Shown here: positions 44,479 through 62,876 of the stretch, one piece after another | How the letters are laid out: every line of letters begins with the position of its first letter | Position numbering within the stretch: the stretch's first letter is position 1 | NCBI GenBank assembly: GCA_047495785.1 | Contig: JBLDXI010000046.1 | Location: forward strand, 1,674,001 to 1,738,000 | From: Lepidodermella squamata | Taxonomy: Eukaryota > Animalia > Gastrotricha | Reading direction: 5' to 3' | DNA length: 64,000 nucleotides | Made by a program: the position numbers and the translations under genes | The notes under the pieces: model-generated | Databases searched by the model: none | What the model was told of the DNA's origin: nothing | What the model saw: only the letters and a program-made list of their open reading frames with translations

Positions 44479-45429
44479 TGTAGGAGTAACTTTAAAGTCG
44501 GATGAAGAACACAGGCAAATGCCGAAGAGACTAAAATTAACAAAATGATGACTGATAATGAATGAGTTACTAGTATTAGGAAAAGGCTTCAAAAGAGAGG
44601 AATGCGACTGGAAAACGGCAGAATGGGACAGAGAGGCAAAATTGAACACTTCTTTACGCTACAACCTGAATTGAACTGAACTGATCGGATGAATCGGATG
44701 CGCTGCTACGGTCAGCAGTCAGCAGCCTTAAAACCTCTTCGAAAAGATGACTTGAAAAATGCGGGGCACGTGGTTTAATTCAAGGTCAACATTAATATAC
44801 TTTAATTTGTGTAAACTTAAATAGTATAATAAGTTTTGATAATAATTAATAAAATGTAGATTAGTTTTTAACCGCATGAAAAAGGTGATTTTTTGCGGGC
44901 TCGCGAAAGTGAACGCGAGGTCTCCGATTAGTTGCTTGATGGAAGTTGGAAGATCCCTAGGCATGCAGATAAAGCGAAAACTGATGTAGGGTTGATATAA
45001 GTCTCATGTCTTTGGCTGTTCTAAGATTTTGAAAATGCTAGAGTTAGGTGCCTTTTAATGCCACGAAGGGGCGAGTTGTTGTCGCTAGAATTCTTCGTCG
45101 TTGGACAATCGCTTTCCGATTAGTTTTGTATTGAAAGATTGGCCATGCTATGTAATCAAGGAGGAAGGTCATTCGGAATGGGGAAAAGCTTAGCTATTAG
45201 CCAAAAGGATAGTTCACTAGCTACATAATCTTTGTTGAGCAATCCCAGCAAAAATTCTTATAGGCAACAATGTTTTCGTACCAACTGCTGGTAAGAGCCT
45301 TAATGCTGTCTGAAAAACCTCCACTATCATAAGAAATGGATCATCATAGAGATGCATGGATATACAAAATCGCTCCTCTCAATCGTGAATATTCAAAATC
45401 CTGAGAGGTAATGCTGAAATCCACCTCTT

Positions 45430-46150
45430 TGCCAACCGCCAACCTGTGCTTAAATTTTTTATACTCGCTGTAGACTTTGATTCACTTCAAGCATGAGACG
45501 TAAAATTCGGTCGTTCTATAATGGGGCTAACAAAATTTTACTTTCTCCTACCGAGTTGATTTTGGTGTCAAAATGTAGCTCTCATCAAGTGGAGTGTAAA
45601 AAGCATTACAACCAATACCGGGGCAGCCACTGCCTTTCTTACATAGCGTTCCGAAGAAAAAAATTCTTGGACCCAGACCTACGCAATTTAGTATGGAAAA
45701 ATGTGTTTTTAAGTTTTTTCATGGATATAGCTTTGTGATAGAGTTTTGGGATTAATATTCGATGAGTAAAGTCGACAAGCGCTATCGAATGGTGCTATCG
45801 ATTTGACCGTAGCTATTACGTAGCCCGTAGATCTGATTTTCTTTGGACCCATGATTCTTTTTGACCGATGTTGAAATTTTTAATATTAGAAAATAAATTT
45901 AACATTTACATATTTAAAAAATAAATAAATTGCATCCAAGGCCGATTTTTTGGGTCCACGAACGACCGAATAGGACGCCGCGGCTCGCAGAAAATCAGGA
46001 AAACTTGTTTAAGGAGTTGCAAGTCCAACTTGTTGACGTTTTGCGCATATATAAAAAAGTAAAATATTCACTCATGTAGCTCATTATTTTTAACCGAGGA
46101 AATATTATGGAGGCTTCAAAACCGCGGCGTCCTATCGTAGGTCTCATGAC
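45430..46150. mobile_element. Probable decayed non-autonomous DNA transposon
   Basis: Non-coding; internal 14-bp inverted repeat ATAGGACGCCGCGG (~45970 / ~46122) and a CATGAGAC/GTCTCATG inverted pair (~45492 / ~46141). Confidence 0.35.
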
Positions 46151-47081
46151 TTCATGGGATGGTTATAACTAATACTTACTTGATGTGCATCCAGCGTCTG
46201 AAATTGCATCAACAGCAGCAGTCTCGAAGAAAGTTGCCAAGCTTATAACAATCGACAATTATCAATGCAGAGAGGTAAATGCGCTGGCCACTCATGAGAT
46301 TAGCATGTAATCATTAATCAAGATTTCTAGTCATTAGTCTCAATCAATTTTATTTTTTTTCATCGAAAACACAATCAGCAGGGCAATCCAACGGCAGGGC
46401 GATTTCTGCACATAATATCATACAAATGCGCGCTCAACTCACAACAATAAATAATAAAAGAAAGAAATAACTAGCACGTCTGGCAAGTTAAACGAGAATT
46501 CGCTCTCAGATAGCTACTAAGATATATTAATAAAATCTCGCAAATATTTTTTCAAAACCTCGAAAGTTGATTGCACTCATATGATTCGCAATATCGGTTT
46601 TTGAGATCGCTCCAGAATAAATCAAAACAATAATTTTGATATAGCAAAAATGAGAAATTCACTCTCGTTTAGAAATAAGAGCCATGAGCCATAGTATACA
46701 ACAATATGTTCAATCTTTACAATGCACAATATAATTTCATATGCTACGGCGAGATAAGTTGCGTATATAACTGACTATCAACCTGGTAATTTGAACGAGT
46801 GGGGAAGGAGAGATCCAACTCGAATAATTTATAGGAAAATGTACAAATTGACGTAGAAATTGCTGAATATTCTGTCAGGTAGTTGGCGCTCGCTGTTTGT
46901 CATTTGTCGAATGGTGCGTAGGTTTAAAGATGAAATGACAAAAAAATTTCATACTTCTGTTTTTAGAGTGAAAACAAAAAAATCATGGTGCATGAGAAAT
47001 ACAAATTGAATAACCGCGTATTACAAATGTCATTTCGATAAAATAGTACAATTTTTGAGGAAGGGCTGCGAGGTGCTGGCG

Positions 47082-48809
47082 TTAGTTTTGCGACGACCGG
47101 CTGCTTGTCGAGCTGGTGCTAGGCGCAGAGATGGCGGCGCCGCCGGGCGACGCAAACTTCATGCGCTTCTGCTTTTGGCGCTGGTTGCAGAACCACACGC
47201 GAACGACGTTTTTCTTCAGGTCGAGCTTGTCCGCAATCTGAGCGATTTTTTCGCCGCTCGGCCGCGGTTGTAGTTGAAAGTACGCCTCGAGACTGCGCTT
47301 CTCCGGCGCCGGGATACTCGTTCGCTTGCGCTTCTTGCCCGACCCGCCCGCCTCACTGGCGTTCTCCTTGCGCTCGCGCATGTCCTTCTCGGCGCGGTCC
47401 AGCCACGCCTCCAAAATTGGCTTCAGTGCAATCATCTAAAATGGAAAAATTACATCAATAATTCACCCATGCGTAACAAATTTCACAATTTCACAATTAT
47501 TTTACGATTGTACGAGAATGATTGTTAAGCATAGAGTATACTTACGTTATTGTGAGAAAGAGTCAGCGATTCGAAACGGCAAATTGTCGATTGGCTGAGT
47601 GGTCCAACACCAGGAATTTGTAGCTTGCCAAGAGCGACACCTACGTCAGCCTGAGTCACGCCCAGCTTAATGCGCCGTTGTTTGAAACGTTCAGCAAAGG
47701 CCTCCAGTTCGCGAGGATCACAGTCGGGAGTTGCTGCTGAAACACCGGCCGGAATGCCGAGTTGGGTCGGAAGTCCGCTGAGTGACCCGCCAGCCCCACC
47801 GAGACTGCCGAGTTGCTGCTGGAGGTTGGTTGAAGTCGAGGCGCCGGCGTGGTGCGAACTCGACTGGTGATGCGACGATGAACGAGCACCGACTGGCCCG
47901 GAGGAGGCGGCATCGCTGGCGCCGAAGTTGCGGATGAAAGCGTTCGCGTTCGACTGATGGCTGGCCCACGTCTGGCCGAGGCTGCTCAGAGCAGGCGCGC
48001 CGTACATGGCGGCTGCGGCTGATTGCTGCTGCGACTGGTAGACCGGATGCGTTTGGTACGACATCATCTGATCGGCGAAGTGCAGCTGCTGCGCCATGGA
48101 GCCCATCGTCGACGTCAACTGCGACATGTGCTGGTTCGTCATGAGGCCCTGGTGGTGGAGCGACTCGAACACCGAGTCAGCCGCCGACGACTGGTGCTGC
48201 ATTTGCATCGGCCAGAACTGGCTGCGAGCCATCGAGGCGCTGTGTTCCGAGATGCCTGGCATGGCGCCGTAAAGCGATGACGAGTACAGCGATTGCATGG
48301 CATTTTTCGCCGACTCGGCGCCGCCTGACTGCTGCTGCTGCTGTTGTTGTTGCTGTTGTTGCTGCTGTTGCTGCTGCTGCTGTTGAGCAACAGCCTGAGC
48401 TGCCAGCACTTCGGCAACGCCATCGCCCAACGACCCGAACACGCCCTATAATAATGTAGACGAGGATGGAATGAAAAAAACGAACACTCTTGAATAAGTT
48501 ATATAGGTACCTAGTAGTTGACTTTAATATAATTACGCTGAGTCGAGATTGTGCCGGTGATACGCTTAATAATTCATGCAAGTTTTTTGCGCGCGGTAAT
48601 AAATTTAAAAATTAATCAAAAATTAATCGTCTTGCGCGATCTGGTTTTTTGTTATTTTGTTGCGCGCACGCTTTGATATTTTTTATTGTTGTTTTTGCAG
48701 TGTGTGAGCGGCCGGATTATTACCGGCAGTCAAAGTCATCTTTTTAAAAAATAATAAGGCAATAACTTACTCCTGGCAGAATTCGTTTCATGGCATTTGC
48801 ATCCATCAT
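47082..48809 (-). CDS. POU4: Class IV POU homeodomain transcription factor (Brn3/unc-86/acj6), 3 exons, polyQ tract
   Basis: Exons 48809-48771, 48445-47546, 47435-47082. [27 protein letters not shown]...[17 protein letters not shown]|MIALKP; [18 protein letters not shown]...[17 protein letters not shown]. Confidence 0.97.
48329..48385 (-). repeat. CAG/CAA coding microsatellite (19 Gln)
   Basis: Mixed CAG/CAA run in POU4 exon 2. Confidence 0.9.
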
Positions 48810-50339
48810 AAATTATATAATTCGTAGATTTTTATTTCTCGGTGTTGTAAAAATTTATAATTCGCACAGAAAACTATAAAATAAAATATGGATATCTGAA
48901 TGCGGAATCCAAGAAAATGGCAACGTCGCTTCGAAGAGTGAAAAATAATGTAATGCTCAGATCGCGGCAATATTAATGGCACGGTGAATACGTGATGGCT
49001 CGGGCGCGCAAGCTCGAATCGATGCGAACTTTGCGTGCAGTGGATTGCAGCTGCAGCGCCATAAATCCATCATCATCATCACCGCCATCATCGAACAGAA
49101 GGTTGCTGCCTGCGCGATCAAACTTGCACGCCATGGCACAACGACGGAATGACAAATGACACTTTCGATGCCACCGGGCGCGCTGCCATGGTGCGCGTCG
49201 CGCGCGGCGTGCCATTGGTCGCCCGCCACCGGTTGCGGCAGCTAATTTGCATAGGCCTGGTAGGCTGCGCGTGTTTACCTTAGCGCGCCCGCGTGACAAA
49301 GCGGCAACGCGCCGATCGGCTGCCGGCGGCGAAAACACGCCATCGATTAGCCGCCGCCTCACGCGCATTTATTGTTATTATTGTTTTTGCTACACCAGCG
49401 ACATCATCTTCATCGATGCGAACGCTCCAGGTAGATTTGTGCCACTCATCCTTCCTACCACCACTAGATAGAGGAGCGGCGAGCGGGCGCGCGTCCAAAC
49501 GTGAGTGTGCGCTAGTTATTAAAATTTTACACCAGTGAGTGGGTGCGCGCGTCCGCGCCAAATGCCGATGATCGGCTGCGGGCAGCGCGGGGCCTTTGAA
49601 CGGGCGCTGATCATCACCAGCAATAAACATGTTGAACCCAAATATTGACACGTAAGATGTACGGCGAACGCTTTGACCAGCCGATCGTCAATATTTTCAA
49701 TCGAACTCTCGACGCGACAACCAACTTAACGCCGCCGCCGTCGCTGTACACTTAGCAAAACGCTTATACTTGTGTGTCTCGTCAAATTTATTTCATTTCA
49801 TACACGTATAATGTCAGTAGTTTACGTAGCGAATATATCGATGCAAAAGCGCGGAAATAGACAAGTGCGAAAATGACAAGAAGTCCACCTTAACAGCTAC
49901 AGTTTTTTCCGAGTTAATTATTGAACGCGTATATTTATGTGTGTTGTCTACGAAATTCCAACGTTGTTGCACGAGAGACTGCGACAAAAACTGACCGACA
50001 ATTAATAAGTCATCACGAATCGCGAAATAATTAATAAGAATAGTAGTAGCAGTAGTAACATCTGATTCTAGTGCGAGTTCCGGTCTATTTTTATGAAAGA
50101 TTAATCGCGAATAATCGATTATTCACTTCTATTCGCCGCAGTCGTAAAATATACGCGTGTAATGACCACAACAGCACATATCATCACATGAGCTCTGAAT
50201 TATACATTTACCACAGATTTGTTTTATTTTTTGTTACACTAAAACACTGGCTTATTTATTTATATATATCATGAACATTCTCAGTGTCTGTTTTTTTTCA
50301 TTTTATTCCGCACTGATTGCTGTTCATAATAGTTATTGT

Positions 50340-54662
<4,323 letters not shown>

Positions 54663-54946
54663 TTAACAGCTATTAAATTGGACTAAATATTCAAAATTGA
54701 TACACCAGGCTAAAAGCGACAAAAAAGTGTTCATGCCACGAACATTTACAACAGACTCAGAGAGAACATGTCGGGGGTCGACAGTTTCACTAAAAATGCA
54801 GTGCCACGAAATTGACGGTACCGATCGGAACTAACGGTAAATAGATGAAACAGCAAAAGTTGGACAGAAAGTGTATATGAGAGCAGGCCCAAACAGTTGT
54901 TTCGATTCAGCGTTCCGCGTCTCTTATGGCGGTTGAATCACGCCGA

Positions 54947-54976
54947 TTCTAGACTTTTCCCACTTCGAGAAAGTTC
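54947..54976. promoter_or_regulatory. Heat-shock elements upstream of Hsp110
   Basis: Perfect TTCnnGAAnnTTC at 54964-54976 and imperfect TTCnnGACnnTTC at 54947-54959, ~300 bp upstream of the ATG. Confidence 0.8.
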
Positions 54977-56653
54977 GCAATCAGTCGTTCGCCGCGTTGC
55001 CGCGCGCAATACCGCGCGATATTCAAATTTAAAAATATCAAATTTTGTAAATCATTATAAAGTTTTATTAAAATACAGTCAATAATACAAAATAATTAAT
55101 CGGTGAAAGAAGCGCGGGCAAATATTTGAAAAAAGAAAAAAGAAATATTTTATTGTCCTCTTTTCATCGCGTTCACTCGAGTGAGGTCACGGCCACGTCA
55201 TTTTCCCTGGAGCCATACTTGCCACACACTTGTCGCTCAATGAGACATGTTACTACTCTGAACGATGTAAGATTGAAACCTCCAACACTACAGTACGATC
55301 TACGATCATTTGCTAGGGTATATCGAACATGAAACATAATGCAGTTTTTTTCCAAAATCCAAGACGTCGAATCATGTGCCTTACTTCTATTATGTTATAA
55401 TTCGCATTCTGATTCCGGATTGCGATTATGATATTGAATCTGTTTGATTTGATTTCAGCTTTAATCGAGGGGTTCCTGTGAAATGGCATTTGAAGATTGC
55501 CCGCTTTAAATATTGAACACTTCCCCGTTTTCTGGGGTGAAGAAATTCGCTAGATATTTCAACCGAAGATATTTAACAAATCTGGTAGATTAAGCATTAT
55601 TCTTGCGTCTACCGGAAGGGATAATATGTTCTCGTCACTTGAGGTGGATGGGAGCATCTAGAGGGAAATGGAATGGTACAGTGTGATTAAGAAAGCGCGG
55701 TCGGCGCCGCCCCAATAACAACCAGGCGCGAGTTTGACACGGCCAAAGAAAAAAATTGACCTGGATTCATCCAGTTTTATTGTGATGAATGAACGCGTGT
55801 TGTTATCTTTCGTTTCGGCATTTTTCAAGATGATCACACAAATCGCGCCAGTCACGACAGATAGCACGAAAGCTTGCAGTAATCATTCAAATTTCTTCCC
55901 TAATTTAAGCTTTTCCACCGCTTTTTAAGGCTATTGCTATCAAGAACAGCAAGAACTGCTCCCATGCATTTCACTTGTGTTAATAAACGACAGTTTTAGT
56001 CTCTTAGAATGCCCTCCGCATTTTAATAGTAATTTCGCAGGGTATGTATTTCGGAATTTCAAATTGCGAAGCTTCCACTAAAATTACTTCTGCCATAAGC
56101 CCTGTTCAGTTCTTCTTCTTCCTGCCTATCGATTCTTTGCACTTTGCATCATAGTCACATCTGTTATTCCTAGCTGTTATTATTTTTTTGCAAATATTTT
56201 TTCGAGTCGGCACGCGCGAGCTTTGCAACATTTTTTTGGAAAAACAAGCGGGAATAAAACTGATCGTGATTTGGGCGGCCTTTCTCAATCACAATGTACA
56301 TGAAAAACTAGTTTAGGACGTGATAGTCCGTTTTCAATTTTTCCCGAACCCCGCTTGCTAAATGTCATTTCTTTTCATTTCTGTCTCAAGGGTTATAGAT
56401 GCGAATTGTTTCCTTCAATTAAGTTACGGAGAATTACCTTGTGATATTCATTAAATACGCTCTATCTCCCTGATTTGCTGGAGATCCACCGGTTAAACTT
56501 TAGCGAGAAATGACTGATCTGCTGAATATTTTATATTATCAAAATTACGATTTCTTTGCACGTGTATATTACATATCGCAAATTCAGCATTGACTTCCAA
56601 GTATTCACGCGGTATTTGTTATTTGATAGAGCTTTGATCATCCGTCATTTACC

Positions 56654-56931
56654 ATGGCTGAAAATCTGACTCATGAGTTTGAATTCCAAATGACTTGCGA
56701 CGGCTGCAGCAACGCTGCTAAACGAGGTTCGAATTGCTGTTTTGTTATGTTTCACATGATTATGACTTTTTTACAGTTCTGGCCAAGCTGGGCGATAATG
56801 TTCAAAAGGTCGAGGCTGATCTCCAGAAGCAGCGCCTCTTCGTTACGACAAACTTGCCGGTTACTGATGTTAAAACTCAACTGGAGAAGACTGGCAAAGA
56901 AGCCAAGTTCGTTGCCTCGCACAAGAACTGA
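56654..56931 (+). CDS. ATOX1: Copper chaperone ATOX1, 2 exons
   Basis: HEFEFQMTCDGCSNAAKR|VLAKLG...LEKTGK; MxCxxC and KTGK motifs. Confidence 0.95.
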
Positions 56932-57241
56932 ACTGACTGGCCCTAAAACTGATTGAATGAAATCGTCACGGTGAACTGATCATCTCGGAAATTCTGCACT
57001 TTTCGAAAATTGACTGGATGCCAAAATTTAAATTTATACATTATTGATTATGTGGGAACGCAATATCGTGCTAAGAGTATATGCCTTTCACTAATTATTA
57101 TTGAAAATTATTAATTATCGTTGATAAATAAACTTGAATCTTCAACAATAGAACTTCCATTTTTATTTTTTATGGAAGCATAATTTGTCATGATCAATCG
57201 ATAAAAAACGGGTCCTTTGTTCAGCGTTCGTATGTTTTTTT

Positions 57242-58892
57242 TCAGGCATGAAGAGGTGTTGGAAGAAATGAAAGGATGTAGCCAAGTGTTAGCCCGAACC
57301 CGAAACTGCCCAGTAACAACACTTTGATCGGATGCAATGGAGAGACAGTTTGACGTTCCAAAAACTCGGCGACTTGCTCATCTCGCGCCATTGATTGAGC
57401 CGTTGCTCCGTCCACAGTTTTAGCCTCGAGTTTCGCACCATGTAAAATAAGGTGGTTAGCCGATTCCGTGCATCCTTTTTTACTTGCCAGCATGAGGGCG
57501 GTGATGCCTGTTTTAGGGTCAGATAGGTTGGGATCAGCGCCGCCTTCTTTAAGCAGCGCAGCTACCACGTTTGAATGACCGCGGCTAAAGAAAAGAAAGA
57601 TAATTATTGCAGATCCTGCATAGAATGGGTAGCATGAACTGCGAGAAATCGAAGACATGATCGCCAGTAAATTTTTACATAAAAAAAATGTCAGTGGCTG
57701 TGAAATATTCGGAATGCAGTGCTGACTTTCAGGGCATTTCCAAGTAATTGTCATCACAAGCATAGATTGAAAGACGAGGCATTATCAACTCATAAAAATC
57801 GCTAGCTGTCAATCGCAGGGACAGACAAGAGCAATAGAATAAAACCTGAATTTCTACTAGCATTTATCTAAAGCATTTAGGTTGCTAATCGGCGTGCAAC
57901 AAATAATTAATTGGATCTGCCTGGCCAACGAAAACGTGGCGCGATCAGCCATTTTTTGCAAGAAATAGCGCTGCGTGTCTTACGCTAGAAATAGTAATAA
58001 TTGGCCCGTCGCCACCCATTCATTGCGGGGTCGGTGCGTTCCTATGGTGCGTTCATAGAATTCAAAAAGAAATAAAAAGCTTGCTGCAGCCGAGGATTTC
58101 TAATTTTAAGGTGTAAATCTAAAATGTGGGTGCCAATTCGATTGCTTCAAAGCCCCATGCGCAGGCTATCTATTTTCACTCAAGAAGGGATCGCGCCACA
58201 AAACTAGGTCAGAAGCGATGAATCAGGTAACAATGCTTTGAAGACAACGCTATTATCTTTCATTCCTGCCCATTCTGCAAAGCTGCCATTTTTTGTACAT
58301 GGCGGGTCTAAGCTTGAAAGCCTCTAGCTTATCCTTCGCCACGTAACTTTCGGCTGTCGAAATCCCGACGCGGCTTTTATATGGATCAAAGCTGCCATTC
58401 CAAATTCTAAATCTAATTCTAAAACCGTAAATTGAGACTTCATAACGATAGTTGCTGAACCTTTCACTCGGTCATAATTGCAAAGATTCGCATCTCCTTC
58501 AAAATTGACTAATTTAATTGTTTAATTGTTGTCACATTTCCGCGGTAACTGGTCTCCAGTCTTTTAAATTCGCTGTGTCAACTTAAAATTGTGTATAATA
58601 CGTTACCTTGAAGCGCGTAAAAGAGCTGAATATCCTGATTTCGGTACTGCGTCAACTTTGGCGCCATTTCGAATAAACGCTTTCACGATTTCAACGTGGC
58701 CGTTCTCAGAAGCAAGCATCAAAGCAGTGACTCCTACGAAATTCACATATTTTCCGCCGAAAATGTTATCACTTGAGGTTGCATACCTTGGGAATCGGCA
58801 GAATTTACGTTGACTTTAGCCGCAATAAGGGCATCAACTTGGTCCAAGTTGCCCTTCTCGGCCGCCGAGAGCAATTTTTTGTCTTCCGACAT
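57242..58892 (-). CDS. Small ankyrin-repeat protein with C-terminal transmembrane anchor, 3 exons
   Basis: MSEDKKLLSAAEKGNLDQV...; GVTALMLASENGHVEIVKAFI; GITALMLASKKG; hydrophobic tail VLLLGSFGFGLTLGYILSFL. Confidence 0.85.
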
Positions 58893-60330
58893 TTCAAATC
58901 TAATTCGATGTAGTAAACTAGCTGAAATCGGAATGATTTTAAAGGCTAAATTTCGACTCGTCAATTGATGCTCTTTCACGATCATTATATTAGTACTATA
59001 AAGCGATGACGCCTTGCAACTATAGTGCTGCCTTCTAAAGCTGAAGAATGCTGAAAATAATGAGGAATATTTAATTAAAAATAATTGGAAGCTGCACTTT
59101 GGAATTAGCATTGGTCTCGAGAAATGACTAGGTAATACTTTGAAATTTGACTTCAACAAATGACAGCTTCTGATCCTTAAATGAAATAGAAGTGCTACGT
59201 GGTTTTAGTTGACCCTATGCAGTACCTATGCCCTACCTGTCTCGTGGCTACATTGTAGCAAAATTTCATGCACAATACACGCTCTTCAAGCCTCGAGTTT
59301 ATATACGAATAATAATATGCGATAACGTCAACCGCTAAGTGTTTTATGGCTAAACAACGTGCAAATTCATGTACAAAAAACATTTAGGTATTCGGATATC
59401 CAAGTCTAAAGGCCTAAATTATATCGCACTTGCGCATGGAAACAAGTTATAATGAATTTAAATATTATTCTGATTTGGCAAGGTGGGACAATCGCAAGGC
59501 GGGAATAATTTTGATAAAATGCCTTATACAGCAGTTTGCTAACATGTTGTATACTGTGTGAATTCATTTGGAATTTACTCAAGTTCATACGGAGCGTGCT
59601 CAAAGGTCCATTCACGAGATGGCTGAGTCTATTCATCCAGCACGGCTCTTTTCATTTACTTTGCAGAATAGGAACACGGCTTAATGTCGGTTCATTATTT
59701 CACCGGGTCTTTCGCCAGCCGTACTGGATTCTATTTAACCGCAAAAAACACCCAAGCTTCAGCGGCAAAATGCGATTTTTATTGTCGAAATGACATTATT
59801 GTTACTATGAAGATGCATACATGCACGGAAATTTTTGCTGATTTCGAGAGACAAGTTCCATATGTGTCGACTAAGGTAAAAAATGAACAACCTCATTTGA
59901 ATGCGCCAGCAAGTAAAAAATTGTAGCCCATGTTGAGTAGACAGCGAATGCAATAGAAACATTGATCAACAGAAAAAAGCACTTTCAAGTGATAGCGGAT
60001 AAAATTTAACAATTAGCATCAGCAACAAAAACGATTGATTATAGAGTGAGAAGAGATTGTGAGACTGGGATTTGCGAATCCTCGAGTCAAGACAATAAAA
60101 TTGATTGTAAGTCACGGCTTGAATTCGGCTGCGATCAACGCCGAGCCAAGATCACTTGAATATCGTGCGTGATTGGTCAGGATACAAAGTATTTTATGTT
60201 ACATATTAAAACGATTGAGGCACAGTTTATAAAATGTCAAACAGAACAAAAACTACAACAGACGTAAATTTCAGCTTATATTAACATGCAGGCTAATCAT
60301 CACTCTCGAGATCTCTCTTTCCTTTCTGCT

Positions 60331-61219
60331 CTATCCATAGTAAATTTTTCGAGAACCCATGGAATTCATCTCGTATTCCTGTTGCTCGAAGGCTTCTCGA
60401 TACTCGGCCACTTCACGGGTCAAACGGATTCGATTGCTATTAGCGACAAGAGTGGCAAGGAAGATCAACTGCGATAGGAAATAAATTATACAAAAATCCT
60501 CATTTTTAGGGCAATTTTACCAGTGCAATTGTGATCAAGAATGAACATCCGAGGGCAACATAAAAATAAGTGGCAGCTTGAGCGGCTTTTTGACACAACG
60601 CGTCTATTCGGAATTTATCGACAATTTCCGTACTCACAACACGCTCGGTTTGTTCCTGCAAGATGGTGGTGTTGTATTGTATTCCTGAAAGTAAAAGCAT
60701 TTTTATAAGTCAAGTTTTAGTCCAGACTCGATTCCTACCGTAATTTATCAACTGAAAGCGGAAACAGTCAGGCTTGGAATGCTCATTGTACAGAGTGTTT
60801 TGTTCGCAAAATCCTGAAGCCATAACACCAGCTAGTGTTGGAACTCCATGGAATATTGACAATGCTAGCCAGAAGACGAACGATACGAAGCAAATCACGA
60901 TGAGAAAAGTAGCCGTCGCCCGACCTCCCAAGACGCAGGCTTCCCGAGAATAAACTGCTTTCCGCGTGGCACCAGTAGCAAGAAATCCGAAAATCGTAAA
61001 CACCAAGCAAACAGCAAACATGAGAATCGGAAGAGCCAGCACTCCTATGCGAAGTTGATCGAGCCAACGGACGTCAAAATTGAGCAAGTCCTTGCCGATG
61101 CCCTCCACGGCAATGGGCAAGCCAATGTACATAACGTAAGACCATACGCCCAATGTTGGTGTAATAATTAGCAGCGCTATCAAGCTGCCAAACGGCGTAA
61201 GTTCCAGGCAATCCGTCAT
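60331..61219 (-). CDS. M6: Proteolipid protein M6/DM20 (PLP/GPM6 family), 3 exons
   Basis: CLELTPFGSLIA; GFLATGATRKAVY....C.LGGR; four hydrophobic segments; last exon LIFLATLVANSNRIR...YYG*. Confidence 0.88.
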
Positions 61220-61952
61220 ATTTGTCTAAATTGCCATCTAAAGAATTGTAGGGACAAACAGGATAGAGGAAATGCTGATGATAAGCATTGATGAAAGCGC
61301 ATTAAATTGCTTCAAACCGCGCTTTTCGAATTTGAACTTCCTGGCTTCTGCACAATTAATCATACTTATTGTATGATTCATATTAAAGAAAACTACCACG
61401 AGTATTATCAGAGAGCTTTGATAAGGCATGGGGGATTCCTGCGCTAAAACAATAGGCCTAGAATTTCGTAAATATCACTAATATCTCTCAACGAGTGCCT
61501 CCTGCCTCCATAATCAATTATCATTAAATCGCTAAAAATGTGTTCATCTAGCAATGATAGCACCTTGCCTGGCACGTTAAGCATTTTGGTCATAGCATAC
61601 CCTTACATGCAAAAGCAATTACTTGTATCTATACTCTATTGGGAAGAGTCTAATCCAGGAAATTTCTCTCAATTGAAAGTATATTCACTCAATTGACCAT
61701 GTCTTGGTGAGGATTATCGCTATCGGAAATCAAATCATGAATCAGTCTCAATGGCGCAAACAGGGCTAAGCTTGGCTTGAAGCCTTCAGAGAAACTCAGC
61801 TTCTTCTTTCGGGCTTGAAAGAAAAGAGACTGCTTTTAATCATCATTCATGTCTTCCAAAGTACGGATCATGGATAAATAAGTAACTATAGCTTAAAGGG
61901 ACTAACTAAGAAGAGTATAACACTTTATTATTACACACTGTCGACCTGATGG

Positions 61953-62046
61953 CCTTCGACAGTGACGGGAAACTCCCCGTTTTTCGTTTTTTACGCGCAA
62001 ACATATCCTCCTTGCCCCAAGACAACGAGACTGCGGGGAGTTCCTC
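61953..62046. repeat. Second, degenerate copy of the 15971-16098 MITE-like element
   Basis: Shares TTCGACAGTGACGGG(G)AAACTCCCCGTTTTT, CATATCCTCCT and CGGGGAGTT. Confidence 0.55.
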
Positions 62047-62876
62047 TTCACACGTTAGCCCAGCGTGTATATCTTTGCCTATTGGATGAGAGACCGCTAC
62101 CATGATCGCATTTCAGATCTCAGGCTCTGGCAAATGACCAAATATTCCCGATTCCCAATTCCTAATTCCTAATTCCTAACCAGTACGCTAAATGCTAAGA
62201 ATTAGATGTCTCGAGCATTGCATGCAACTGAATTAAAAGCTATATGCTGCTCACTCCAAGTTCCAAGATGGTGCAGGGAGCCGGCTGTACGCTGTACGAT
62301 GTTGCGTTGGAAAAGGCGGCGCTGGCGCCGGCGGCCGGCATCTGTTCTCGTTTTTTTTCTCCAATTTTGAAAATTTACGTCAAGGTCATTCAGACACACA
62401 TAATACTCAGATATATTATTTATAGCCTATTTATCATTTATTGATTTCAGTAAAGGGTTTTGATGTTTTAAGAAAACCGCCAAATCTCAGAGCCCCGCAA
62501 AGCTTCTTCCCGAAAAGTTGAGGTTCATTTAGAGCGTTCACTTCCTTCGAAGTCTTGTACGTTGTAGTTCGTCTTAGACATTTGATACCTCCCTATCGAG
62601 CCAAATATTCTATAGCTACCCAATTAAGATGGCGGAGTTAGCTAATTTTGGCATTTCACTCTTCGATTTGTGATCTGAAGTGAGAAGTGACCGTCTGATG
62701 CGTCGGTTTGACGTCTAACTTTTATCCCATGGGTTATGTTAAAGCGTTATGTTACAGCTGCCTACTCGTCAACGCTTGGTAATTTCACTGCCATTATTGA
62801 CGGAGTCTTTCTTTGATGATATTTCTTTGGAATTGAGTAATATTTCTCTTAATTCGCTCAGATAGGTGTTAAAACA

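Noticed and set aside
55126-55930. Possible decayed transposase between Hsp110 and ATOX1
   Set aside because: Multiple stops and no convincing motif or TIRs.
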